From Takakia lepidozioides (taxonomy: Eukaryota > Plantae > Bryophyta): a stretch of DNA of 64,000 bases. The stretch spans positions 1,426,001-1,490,000 of the forward strand of contig CM060732.1 in the NCBI GenBank assembly GCA_030704615.1, given 5' to 3'. Positions 48,409 through 60,192 of the stretch are shown here, in pieces (the first letter of the stretch is position 1; every line of letters begins with the position of its first letter). Under the pieces are notes generated by a model. It did no database searches. It worked only from the letters and a program-made list of their open reading frames with translations, and was not told the DNA's origin. The position numbers and the translations under genes are program-made.

Positions 48409-51400
48409 ATGTTAATCGACCTTCATTCATGGAATATCAGAGGGCTGGGAATGGACCCAGCTGCTCTCAAGAGAGTCAAGATTAAATCTTGGCTCAATCC
48501 ATTCTTGCAGAAAGACTCAATAGTCTTTCTACAAGAACACAAATTGAACCAACCAAAAAAAATCTACTTACGGATCACCTGTGGCCAAGGGCCAATGCCC
48601 TTTGGAAAACAACCTCTCAGGGCAGCCGAGGTGGCACCTCCATCCTTCTCTCGCCCTCTCTGCAACCTTTGCTCGTAGCTGAAGAATCCTGGATCCCTGG
48701 ACGTCTCCAATTTTGTGCCCTAAAGCTCCCAAACAACACAGGCACGTTGGGTCTGGTTAACATTTATGCGCCAAATATTTCTTCTGACAAGAGCCAATTT
48801 TGGTCCAGTCTCTCGGACAAAATGACAGCTCAGCCCAACGTTGACAGTTGGATCATCATTGGGGACTTTAACATGGTAGAATCTGGTGGAGGCAGCCCCT
48901 CTTTCGCAGATGGACACTGACCTCTCTTTCATTTGGATAAATAACAGAGCCTTGGAACACTTGCAGATGGCCCGATTGGACAGAGCCTATATCTCGTATA
49001 ACTTGGTTCAATGGACCCAACGACAACAACAAGAACCAATACCCCAGGGATTTGATCATGCTCCAATTTCGGCTATCATTCGCATCCCACATACTCAGCA
49101 AAGAGGGAGAGGGATGTTCAAACTAAACAGCCTCATGCTCAAATTACCTGAGTTCAAAAAAGGGCTCCTCCTCGCCTGGCAACAAGCAGGAAATGCATCT
49201 CAGAACCCAGCGGAACGCTTCCTGGATAAAATCAAAGCGGTGAACATACAAAGCCAGAGGATGAGCCAAACCCTAGCAGCCATAAGAAAACGCAAAGTGT
49301 ATGCTCTCACAAAATGCCTTAAAGTCTGCCAACTGAGGCTAGAGTCACCTCGTTGTGATGAGCACACCTACCTCACATACCTGGAAGCAAGGAAAAACCT
49401 GGAAGTACATCACAATTTGAACGAAAAAAAGCTCAAGTTACAAGTAGGGGTGAACTGGTCCACCAAGGGAGAGAAAATGAGCAAATATTTCTTTGAAAAA
49501 ACCAAGCTTCGCAGGGCGGTCCAGAACATCACGGAACTGACCGATCAAGTTTCAGGGAATCTGGTTTCACACCCCAAGGAACTGGCTAAATTGGCAGCCA
49601 CTCACTTTGGGAATCTATACCATAGCACTCACATCAGCCTGGAGCCTTCCCAGCTGTAGAAGGACTGCTTGGTCCACACTCCCTCCATCCTAACTAGGCA
49701 TAATGCGTAGACATTGGAGGGAGAATTCACAGACTATGAACTGGAAGAAGCGCTTCTCAATCTTGAAAACAATAAAGCCCCAGGCATGGACGACATCACT
49801 GCAGAGTTCTACAAAGAGCTTTGGCCAGAGATTTCGGGTGACTTCACCCTTATGGCTAACTACTTGTTTCATTGTCAGGCAATGCCACCTGCAATGTCCC
49901 AAGGAGTCATTACATTGTTGTATAAGAAGGGAGATAGGACAAACCTCTCTAATTACAGACCTATCACATTGCTGAATGTGGCATACAAGATCATTGCCAA
50001 AGCTCTCGCCCTTCGCTTGCAGCCCCTGTTGCCCTCCCTTATCAGACCGAATCAAACGGGATTTATCAAAGGCAGATACATAATGGATAATTTATTGCTG
50101 GCCCAAAAAACAGGGAGGATTGGGCATCATCGACCCTGAAAAATAGATTGTAGCCCTTCTAGGTAAATGGATACCTCGGTTCATGGGCCCCGAGGGAGGT
50201 TGGTGGAAGTTCAACATGGCAGATAGTATTCTAATGGCCTCCCCTTTAAAAAATGCCTCTTGGGCACCATCATTTCGATGGATTGTCAATGGTTTCAACT
50301 TCAAAAAGTGGGATCCAGTCTATGGAACTCTATCTGGCAGGCTTGGGGGAGGCTGCGAGGCTTTCTCAAAAAACATGAACCCTCTAACTACTTCGAGATC
50401 CTTCGTCAATACCTTTTCCTTAATACCAACAAGCCAAGCCTTTCCCAGCGAAAAGAGGCAAGCCGCTGGTCAGCATGGGACAACCTGGGTATCTCCCAAA
50501 TGGGTAACATGTGGCAGGGCAACGGAGTCAAATCGCAGGATCTCATTGCTTCAACAGTGGGAAAGGCTAGAGCAAGCAAGTCGTACTCAAACCTTATTCA
50601 GAACATTGACCAAACATGGATTGGGCATCTGAACACTGGACCTATTTTTCCATCGTACAACTACTGGGCACTTACCATTCACAACAACCTTTTTACCATC
50701 CTGTTCGTTAACCATTCCACCTCAAGCAACCTACGCTTTCCACATTGACCCTCTCACCCTAACCCTCCATCTTCATTTGCAAGAACATGTCATCCTACCC
50801 CCCAACCCTCTTACACCAGTCAGAGTTTGCTGCTGGTCTACTTCTCCGAAAGAAATGGATCCCCAACCCCCCCCCCAGGTCTTTCTCACTCAGCCTGGCT
50901 TGCCTCTGCCACATTTATCTGGATTCTTGGCAGGCCCCTTGTTGAGCTGCAGTTCGATCCTTCCGAATGGTCTTGGGAGTTTGGAAGACAACCAGAACCC
51001 TTCTTTTCGTACACCACCAAAAAAGGTTATAAGGCTTTGTCCCTGCCAATTTCACTAAAAGCAAAGTGGGAGTCAAGATGGGGGCACCTGGGATTTAGAG
51101 ATGAGAATTGGTCCGCAATCTGGGGCTCTGTGTGGCTAAAGTCCAGGCCTGCCAAAATCCAAGCGTTCCTCTGGCAAGTTGCTAACAGAGTGCTCAAGGT
51201 GGGCGAATGGTTACAATTTCAGGACGCCCTCCTTTGCTCCTGCTACTCATCAGGAATCATGGAAAGCCTCGAACATTGTCTCATCTCGTGCCAAGAGCAG
51301 CCATCATTTGGCCACTTATCAAAAACTTTTACTCCTGTTGGAACCTCATTCCTCTCTCTCCCACGATCCTGCTTCTAAACTATGACGCAACAACAAAAAG

Positions 51401-51600
51401 GAAAGCTATTCATTGCCCTGTTTTCGAAACACTTAGAGGCAACACACTTTGGCACCTCTGGAAAGCAAGATGCTCCAGAACTTTCTCTGGACAAACTTCT
51501 ACAGTTTCAGCTCTTCTCACATCTGTTTTCTATGACCTTGGAATATAATCCAGGAAGGCTGGGCCAAGCATTGTGCACAGATCCAACGGAAACCAAAGAT
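48409..51600 (+). pseudogene. L1 ORF2 pseudogene; RT core deleted near 50103
   Basis: IMDNLLLAQ is joined directly to PKKQGGLGIID; no YADD region; multiple frameshifts. Confidence 0.87.
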
Positions 51601-54305
51601 CGCAGGGGCTTCCCATGATAAATTCCGCACCACCTGGGGTAATCGAGGCCTCATCTGCAGCAGCGCAAATCCAAACACCTGTGTCTGGCCAGACCTGCCC
51701 CCACCCAGCTGGAGAGGAATTCGCAACACACTCCACAGCGTCGCCTGAGTTCGATCGAGAGATAAACTGGAAACATCTTAAGGGCTCTTCTAAAGCCTCC
51801 CGTCTTCAGTTTAGGCAGGTGTAATAGCATTACCAATCCCTAGGCAGTGCACTAACTCACGCTGGTGCCATTACTCTTTGTATTCATGTGTTGACTTCCG
51901 GTTCATGTTTCTTCCTCCCGGGTAGTAACATAAATCCTAGGGTTCTCGTTTTTGGTAACCATAGTTAACACTTCCCTCTCCGAGGGGTCATGTTCGGGGC
52001 CTCTTTGGCTCAGTTTACCTCAATGAGGGTACGGGTTCTAACTTCACTGATAACGGTGTGTGTGCCTTATGGCGAAAATAGGGGTTTTAATTTTTTTTCC
52101 CCGAATAATCCCAAATAAATTGTAATGGCCTTTCGGCCAACCAAAAATATAATAAAATAATCAGGGCTACAATCCCTTTAAAGGGATGTTGTGAATGAAA
52201 GACGAACGAGTCTATTCTAGTTTCATGACCTCCAACTCATTGCTCCTTCTCGCAAACAGGAGCGCCGCCGCTGCGTCCTTCTCTGCAAACCCTCATTAAT
52301 CTGTCTCCTCAAGGCGGCCAGATTTATCACTTCCTGTCATGTTTGGCATTTAACAAGCTGCTGCCTTACCACGTTTTAATCCCACCTTCGGGATTCTGCG
52401 GTTTACGTAAAGATGCGTTAAGGCAAAAGTAGTCACTATGATCTGGGACCAGCAAGCGACAGACAAGTGAGACTTCTCAGATGGAGCAGGAGGGGTTTCA
52501 TTTCGCAAATTCTTTGGGCAGAATGTAAATCGCTCCACCGCCATACAGTGGAGACATACCCGCGTCCAAAACCCGTGCAATTTATGCTGAATTGCAACAA
52601 GTCCAAATGTACGTCTACATGCCCATGCCTCGGAACAGGGTAACGTGAACAAAATCACGTGCACAAGCCAGGGTACCTCAGTCCTCAGCTTAAATTTCGG
52701 ATAACTTGCAAAGGACACCATTCAAATTCCGGCCTGCACACATATCTAAAAAAAGGAGATGCCGAAGGAGACGTCTGCAAAAGCTTCAACGATCCACTGA
52801 GCCCAATGCTTGAATTTTCGCTTGCCTTCGTGATGCATACTTTTTTTGTGGGCCAAGATCTCATGTGAGTTGCAAGCAGGCTATGCAGGTCACAAAGGGA
52901 GCGGTCGGAGAGATGCTCGTCAATAGGGTTGAATATACACTGTTGGTCAGCTGTTGACCATTAGACGGAGCATAATACGGGATACGGGATGTCACTTGCA
53001 TCTCGGGGGGGGGGGAGGGGGGTAGCAATGCCAGTGCTCCTCTTTCGGACAACAGTTTTGCATGCACTAGTTGACTGTCTGCATAACTTGAAGGCCTCAA
53101 ACTCTTGATAGACGCTATGCCACATCTGCCGTAAACTCCCAAACCACATAACTCCATCTAAGATCTTGGGAGGCAGAAGTATTCCAGACCTTTCCAAGCA
53201 GGTTGTGAATCGGTAGACTTTGCATGACCATCCTGCGTGCTTCTTCGACCCAACTGGATCTAGTTTCTGCTAGGGCGATTGAACAAACCGAGAAAGCACC
53301 TGGTCTCTCAGGAAAACTGCGGAGCACTTCGCGAGCACTATTATATGTTGTGAGTTTGTTTGAATGCGTTTCATCAACCTATATCATCTTCCGTCCATCA
53401 CTGTTTTGGTTTTTCAGTGGTCTGGCTCCAAATTCAATTTCTCTCCTAGAACCCAATGGCAGCTTCAAGAAATTCGATAGCCGATGGATGGAAAACAAAT
53501 TTGAGGGTCTTCTTGTATTGCAAACCTCCAGTTTTGCCACTGCTGAAATCAAACTTGTTGTGGTTGATTTCCGGTTTGAGTAGGACATCAGTTTTTGGTG
53601 ACACGGGTTTAAACCTTTAAAGTTTAAACATGGTAAGCCCCACAGACAGCCCCTCTTCAGGATGACGATACCATTCACTAACTCCACTGATTCCGATAGT
53701 CCAGTCTGGCTGGTTGGAGGATACCATCATATAAATCCTGAGGCCTCTGCTCATACATACAAACAATGCACCACACAAGCTGTTTATGTTAGAGGTAAAG
53801 CCCCAAGGTAGTTGCAGGAATTTAGGGCCCCGCCACGAGGGCGCTAACCAGACGCTGGGGCACGAAAATCCTGCAACCACCACGGGCACTGGCATTACCT
53901 TTCGTACAGCACTGGCTGAAAATTCCACCAAACGCCCAGAGCAAACTGTGGAATCTTGAAACCAGGCCATTAATGTGTGGGGAGGCACCAATTTTTACAA
54001 AGGAAATTTTCAAGCAGTGCTTTAACATTATTTATTGTTGCTTTGCTCACCAATTTGCTTTGCACTTCACACTGAAAATAAGGAGCTACTTTAAAATTGC
54101 ATTCAAGGTCTGCAACAATTGATTGCAGTACTCTCTGCGAGAAGATAAAAATTGGACTTTTCATGAGGAGAAGACTGAGAGTATATATGTCACTGTTCCT
54201 GATGACATTTCTCTTAGAAGAGCAATCATCAAATAATCTACATTGAAGCACCACGAGGCTAAGCAGCAGTAAGACAAAATTGTGGATGGTGATCCCCCAC
54301 TCTCT

Positions 54306-56511
54306 TCAGAAACTGCCCAGAATCCCTTTGAGAGAAGAATATGTGCCAATGATCCCCACCACCATCCCCACAAATAAAATCCCTACAATCAGTGACTGCT
54401 CGCTTCGTGAGACCTGCCGGCCAAAAATCTTCAAGTAGCAGGCACAGGGAAGAATGATTGCAACAAGGGTACTCAGTAGGGAGCCAATGAAGGCCATTAC
54501 GAACCCAAAGAATGGAATCAATAATGCCACAGCCACTGTACTACCTACCAGGATAGTTCGCAATATCGTACCCCAGATCATGATGTCCTTGTGTGTGCCA
54601 GCCAGCGCCTGAGGAAGCAGCTCTTCTAGTCCAACTGCCAATGGGGTGATTGTGAGTGCATACTTTGCAAATGGGTTCACCAAAGTGACCCAGATCGCGA
54701 AATGGGAAGCCATTGCCTTCCTTGGGAGATTCAGGGTGACCTGTGATTGCAGATCCTCTCCAAACATCAAGTAGCCCATAACTCCAATGCCACCATAGAT
54801 GAGTGTGCACAAGATGAAACAGAGGACCAGCACCTAGGTTGGAAACAACATGACGGACATCAGCAAATTGCGCGGTTGAAGTGGGGAGAAGTTCAAAGAT
54901 GAAGCACGAGTTGAGACAGGTGAAAAACATTTTGGATATAAAATGCAACCAACATGAATGGATTAAGAAAAATTCAGGAGAAGATCAGGAAAAAGGAAGA
55001 GAAGCCATCAACGAAGAAGAGAAAGCACATGAACTACACACCTTTGGAAACTGTCTGCGGTCTTTCATGGAACCATAGATGCTGGGAAAGACAGCATGCC
55101 CACAAAAACAGAAGGCATACACACCAACGGCGACAGGTAGCCCACTCATATTTATAAGCGACCCTTGGTGATGAAATCCAACCCCATCAAACACTCCAAC
55201 CCAAGCGACTGCAAGTACTATCAGTATGGAGGCAACCACACCCCCAGCAGATATATATGACAAGAGGCTTAAGTCTCGTAGCCATACAGTAGGAAGCATA
55301 CAGAGGGCGGCTGCCACCACAAAAACTTCGTGGGCTGTGAGGCTGAGGTTCCCAACTGCAAATCTGGCTGCTGGAAAGAGCTGGGCTAAATTGTCACCCT
55401 CAAGAATCAAGAATTCTACCGCAACTGCATAGAGTTCCACATACAAGAGTACAGATACAATCCACCGTCCCCGTGCCCCAAAAGCTGCCTCTCCAACATC
55501 TGGGTAGCTGCTGATGTGGGGATCTTTATCCAGGCAGTGTCGGAGCAGAATTGCAGTATAGCAACAGATCACTGCAAACGCAAGGAGGAAACCAAGCCCT
55601 AGCCAGCCTCCTTGGGATAGCCCGTATGGTGTTGAAAGTATACCCACCCCTGCAAGAGTCATCAGTGAAAATGTCAAAAGATGTCTGCATGCAACTGCCT
55701 TCATAACAGAAAAAACATGTAGTCAACAGTTGGGATAATGCCCTATGGTTGTTACAAATTGCAGGAAAGAAAAAGAAGCAAAGGTTAGAATGATGACAAT
55801 ATTCTTTGCAACATCACTAACAAGACAGGTAAACTTGGCAAACAGCCTCAAGTACTTTGAACAATATAGACAAAGAAAGAGAGTGCAATGTGAACAGTAA
55901 TAACAAGAGAGGAAAACTCCCACAAATTCAACCTGCAGTATCTAAGCACGCAGAGACACATGATTGGAATAAAATGATTGGATTGCTTCACCTGCAAGGA
56001 CATTCATCCCATTTAAGAACGCCTGAAAGAAGGAGCTACCGCTTGGATTCATGTCCTTGCAGTTATCTTCATACCCTTTCAGGATTATGTCCCCATTTAG
56101 AGCAGCCCCATGTCCTGCACTCCTGGTCCTTGAGCTTTGCTCTATGCTACTGGCCAATCCCTCCCCTTCTTCGAGGTTCACAGAAGGTGACTTGCAAAGC
56201 AGCGGCTCTCTAAGATCTGTATCCGCCGCATTTTGTGGAGCAACCAAGTGGTCGGTGGGAGTCGTCTCCAGTCCGATACTTCCCTCCTCAAATCCTCGGT
56301 CACCTGATTGCTGTCTCTGCGAGGGCGACCTTGAGTATATGTCCATTGATCGACCAAAAGTCTGAGGCCAGAGTGGTGATTTGCTGAAAGAAGAAGAAGT
56401 GCATGTATTCAAGGGTGCTGCTTGTGGACTGATTGTCCGTGGGACAGATGGTGGTCTCCAACCTACCCCATTGACCTCCTTTGCACTTAAACTTTGTTGT
56501 CGGTGGTCCAT
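54306..56511 (-). CDS. AVT1-type amino-acid transporter (AAAP/Aa_trans family), ~551 aa. Exons 56511-55992, 55649-55042, 54833-54306
   Basis: SFFQAFLNGMNVLAGVGILSTPY, SYPDVGEAAFG, GHAVFPSIY, NPFAKYAL; WPQ motif in the N-terminal tail; phase-consistent GT-AG introns, 1656 nt in total. Confidence 0.94.
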
Positions 56512-57062
56512 TGTCACCTCCTACCAAGTTTGCTCCTTTGATTATTCGAGGCACCCGGTTAGTAAGTTGAAATGTTGGAGCCCTTTTGTTGCACAGGTAT
56601 GAGAATTACAGTCACTGAAGAAGCTGTCGTTGTCTCACCACAGAGAAGGTCCACTCAAGTACCCCTTGAGTCTGAGATAATGATTGGACTTGAAACAGTA
56701 TGCCTGTCACTCTGACTCAAATGGTGTATGAGTGATGAGTGCATGATGCTTACCCGGAGGCAAAGTTGCACGCTTCAGCATGTAGCCACCCCTGCAATTC
56801 ACACCCAATCGACCAAAAATGTCTTAGGTGACAGAAATACCAAAAGAAATCTCTAAAAATTGTACTGACATGGCCAAGAATTATATCCGTAGTTTAAATA
56901 AGGTGGGGGCGATTGGGGGAAAGTAGCCCAGGAGGGGAGTGCCTCAGCTATAAAGGGTGCACTGAGAAAAGTTTCAAGGAGTTTGAGGGTCAGTGCCCAA
57001 TAAATTGAGAAGTCGTTGTTTGCCGCAGCCCGTACTCAGTTTGGGCGCAACAAGCAGGAGAC

Positions 57063-57084
57063 GAGAGAGAGAGAGAGAGAGAGA
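57063..57084. repeat. (GA)n microsatellite, probably in the AVT1 5' region
   Basis: About 11 GA units, ~550 bp upstream of the ATG. Confidence 0.85.
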
Positions 57085-59653
57085 TTTGTGCTGCGAAGCC
57101 CAAACACAGTGCTCACAATAAAAGGGCACATCCCCTTCCACACCTTTGGCGTTTTCACCCAGTCTCCTTCCCGTCCCGAATTTTTACCCTTCCCTACCCC
57201 TCAAACCAAAATCTCCCGACCAATCTGAGATTTTCCACGTACATGTGCGGAGAGCCAAGACGCATATATTCTACAGAAGAGCCCTTCTACTGCATGGGCT
57301 TAACGCTAAAAAACATCAACAAGGAAATCAAAGACCTGTTACTGAAAAACTGCTACGGTCGAAAGACATTTCCGTCTATGCAGCTGTCTCCCTTTGTGAA
57401 TCATGACACCGACACTCCATCAGTTTTTAGAATTATTCTCCACCACGCTACAAATAGCAATTAACTCATCTCATAAACGCCGCAAGACTGCCACAGGTCT
57501 GTAATGCGAAAAATTTACCAGCGCAATACATCATACGCGCGCAATATATACTTCCTGAAACTATCGAGCAACGCCACCCACGACCAGAACGGAGTTGCAC
57601 GAACTCTTGTGCTGCTAGAATGATCATCTGTTGTCTCTGTAAGAGGTTGTAGCAATATCAGGCCATCTAAATACAGCTCTCCACATATAGACGTACACAA
57701 TTTCGGCCCTCGAAGATCAATGTGATAAGTACACAGACTTTACCTATTGAGGATCGCCTCTTGTCACATAAATGTCCGTACTGCACGCTGCTCGACTTTG
57801 CAGTCACAACCAAAGTGGGCAGTCCAGACTCCAGACGAAACAAGCTTCACAAGTGCACGGGGTGACAGCGGGTTAGCAGTCGCGAGGGTAAACAAAAGCC
57901 CGCAAATTAACTCGCTCCTCAGTGAGATGCAGCCACAGAATTGCGCCACAATAAGAAAATTCACACTTCGGGAGACGCAAAGCTCAAGGCTGCTTGAGCA
58001 AGTGAGCTACTTACTTACTTGTTGTTGTAAATGCCTCATTCCCGCAAACATTCTCTTCATCCGCGGTTACAGAGCAGGAAATGCATTTAAAGCAATCCTG
58101 TGACGTTCTTAAGTCTGCCCCCCCCAGTGCCCCACCCACGCTTGAACTGGAAGTCGTTAAGAACTGGAATGAGAATGTCACATTTCTCAATAAAGCTCCA
58201 CGGGAAATCATCATTTTATAATGTTGTCTACTCGCAGATAATGAAAGGATGACAGGGTGTATTGCATGTCAGGATGAAAACGGGAAGAGGGAATGGTTCA
58301 CTGGTGAGGCAGAAGGTAAGACGAAAGTTGGATATATACAGAGAGTCACAAACAGGCTAACATTCTTGAGGAACGGGCGGCCATGCATCGCACCCGGCGC
58401 CGGCGTCCACTACCCATTTCACAGAAGATTCATCAGTTCCCTCATTGGTGTTGCCCCGGCCCACACGGCCAGCAGAGGTTTAAGTAGTAGAATGAAACTG
58501 GCAAGGCGTTACTGATCAGTGCAATTAATTGATTGACTGTAGAGCTCGTTGGAATCCACGGGTCAAGTCTACTGGATTCGAACTTCCAACCATCAATTGA
58601 AAAAATAAGAACTTGTGCGAAAAACTTTTGCGAATCTGGCCGGATGGATCGGATCCGAGCCACATGGTACTTCATTGACAATATTCTCTGTGTAGCGAAG
58701 TTGGAACTTGAGTAGCAGAATCGACTTGTGGTTTCGATGTAAAGTCTGCAACTATTCGTTGGAGCGTCTCAACATTTCTTTCTTTGCCGTATGCTGGTAA
58801 AGAGTAAGGGCTCCAGTCACGAGAGGATGCAAAAAGCATTGGCCGGATGCAGTAGATAATTTCGGCCAGAAATTCAGAAGGTACTTGAGGGGGAATGCCC
58901 GGTGTCATGAGGGCCTGAATGACGGGTGAGATTGTGTTTGGCAGTCTCTTAGATCATGACTGCAGTTGCGATGCAGGAAGTTCTTACGAGGGTGATATTG
59001 GTCGCCTGTTCAGCAGGAGGAGATTGGGCATTATGCACGCACGAGCACTGTACTGTGTCATGGTGATGCAAGAAGGGGTCAAGAATTAAGCAGCTTGGTA
59101 TTGCGTTGTGCCATATGGAGCCGCAAGAAACACGATGCTACAGTCGTAGCTCAGCAATACCAATATGATGGGCCATGACAGCAGATTGACCTAGATTTTG
59201 GAGTCCATCAAGCTTAACATGATGTACATTCTGACTGTTGCGAAATAAGCAAGACTGAGCTCGACATGAAATACTTGCGGAGATACTCGAGCTGAGTGTG
59301 CTAGGCATAAATTTCATGGTGCCTAATCACTGTACGTTTTCACTTTAATTGTGGATGCAGATTGATCTCGTGCCCCAAGTGTGGGCCATGGAGAAGTAGG
59401 TCCAGACGCACACGTTGGAACGTCCCTAAGATCTAAATACACAAGAGTGCATGCATCAGGCCATGAATTGATGGTGGAAGAAGAGCGTATGTGGCAGGCA
59501 GCAGACAGCGCCAGGCAGAAGGCCCAATATAGCACGAGCGGGCCCTGCTTGCTCAACGGTGGCCGCCTTCTCCGCCGCCACCATCGTCACATTGAGCACC
59601 GTCCCCCATCTCCCTCCTCCCAAAGGTGTCATGCTGAAGGCTCACACGTGTTC

Positions 59654-60192
59654 GCCACTCATTTTTGAATAATTGGGAGTTTATGTCTCACGTGCGGTTC
59701 AGGACGCGCACTGACGCACGGCCGCGGGTTTCCCCCGCCCCGCACCGGCCATCCGCGCGGCGAAGCGCGGTCGAGAGCCCCGCAGCACCGCACCTGCCGA
59801 CTGCAAAGCACGGCACCCGCGGTATGTGGCCTCCGGCCCGCGGCTCAAGCCGCCGGCGCTGGGTCTGCCCCAAACTGGATCTGCCCAGGCTAGGTCTGTT
59901 GGGTCTGCCGGAAGAGTAGACCGAACCGACAGACCCAAGCAGACCCCATATGACGTGGCGCGCATCTGACCGTCAAGCCACACTGCCATCCTATCCGTTC
60001 GGATTTAGGGCATCGCATCGCATCCGCCATTCTGCGAGTGTTTCCTCGATCTTTTCCTCCCCTGTCGTTTGTTCCTGCCGCCTGGCTTCCTTCCTAGCAA
60101 GAACATGCGTGTTGTCGTCCTTCGCTTCCACCTTTGCAGGTCGTATTGCAGGTTGTATTGCAGGTGCTGAAGTGTGCGCGAAAGGGTACTGT
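59654..60192. mobile_element. Left end of a Mutator-type element related to the 26647-27220 MITE, interrupted by gypsy copy 3
   Basis: GCCACTCATTTTTGAATAATTGGGAGTTTA matches the MITE TIR; followed by a similar GC-rich tract. Confidence 0.75.

Larger units (their letters stand above)
44900..52160 (+). mobile_element. Decayed plant L1-clade LINE (ORF1 + ORF2); 5' boundary approximate
   Basis: ORF1 with KGRGFYSIVF and CFNCGQMGHIKVNC; ORF2 with SWNIRGL, FLQEH, IIGDFN, NYRPITLLN, zf-RVT-like end (FLWQ...ESLEHCL..C); A-rich 3' tail at 52140-52160. Confidence 0.9.

Noticed and set aside
52300-54000. ORFs downstream of AVT1
   Set aside because: Short, no recognisable homology.
57500-59300. Possible degenerate gene on the minus strand
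   Set aside because: Fragmentary ORFs without identifiable motifs; needs tBLASTx.
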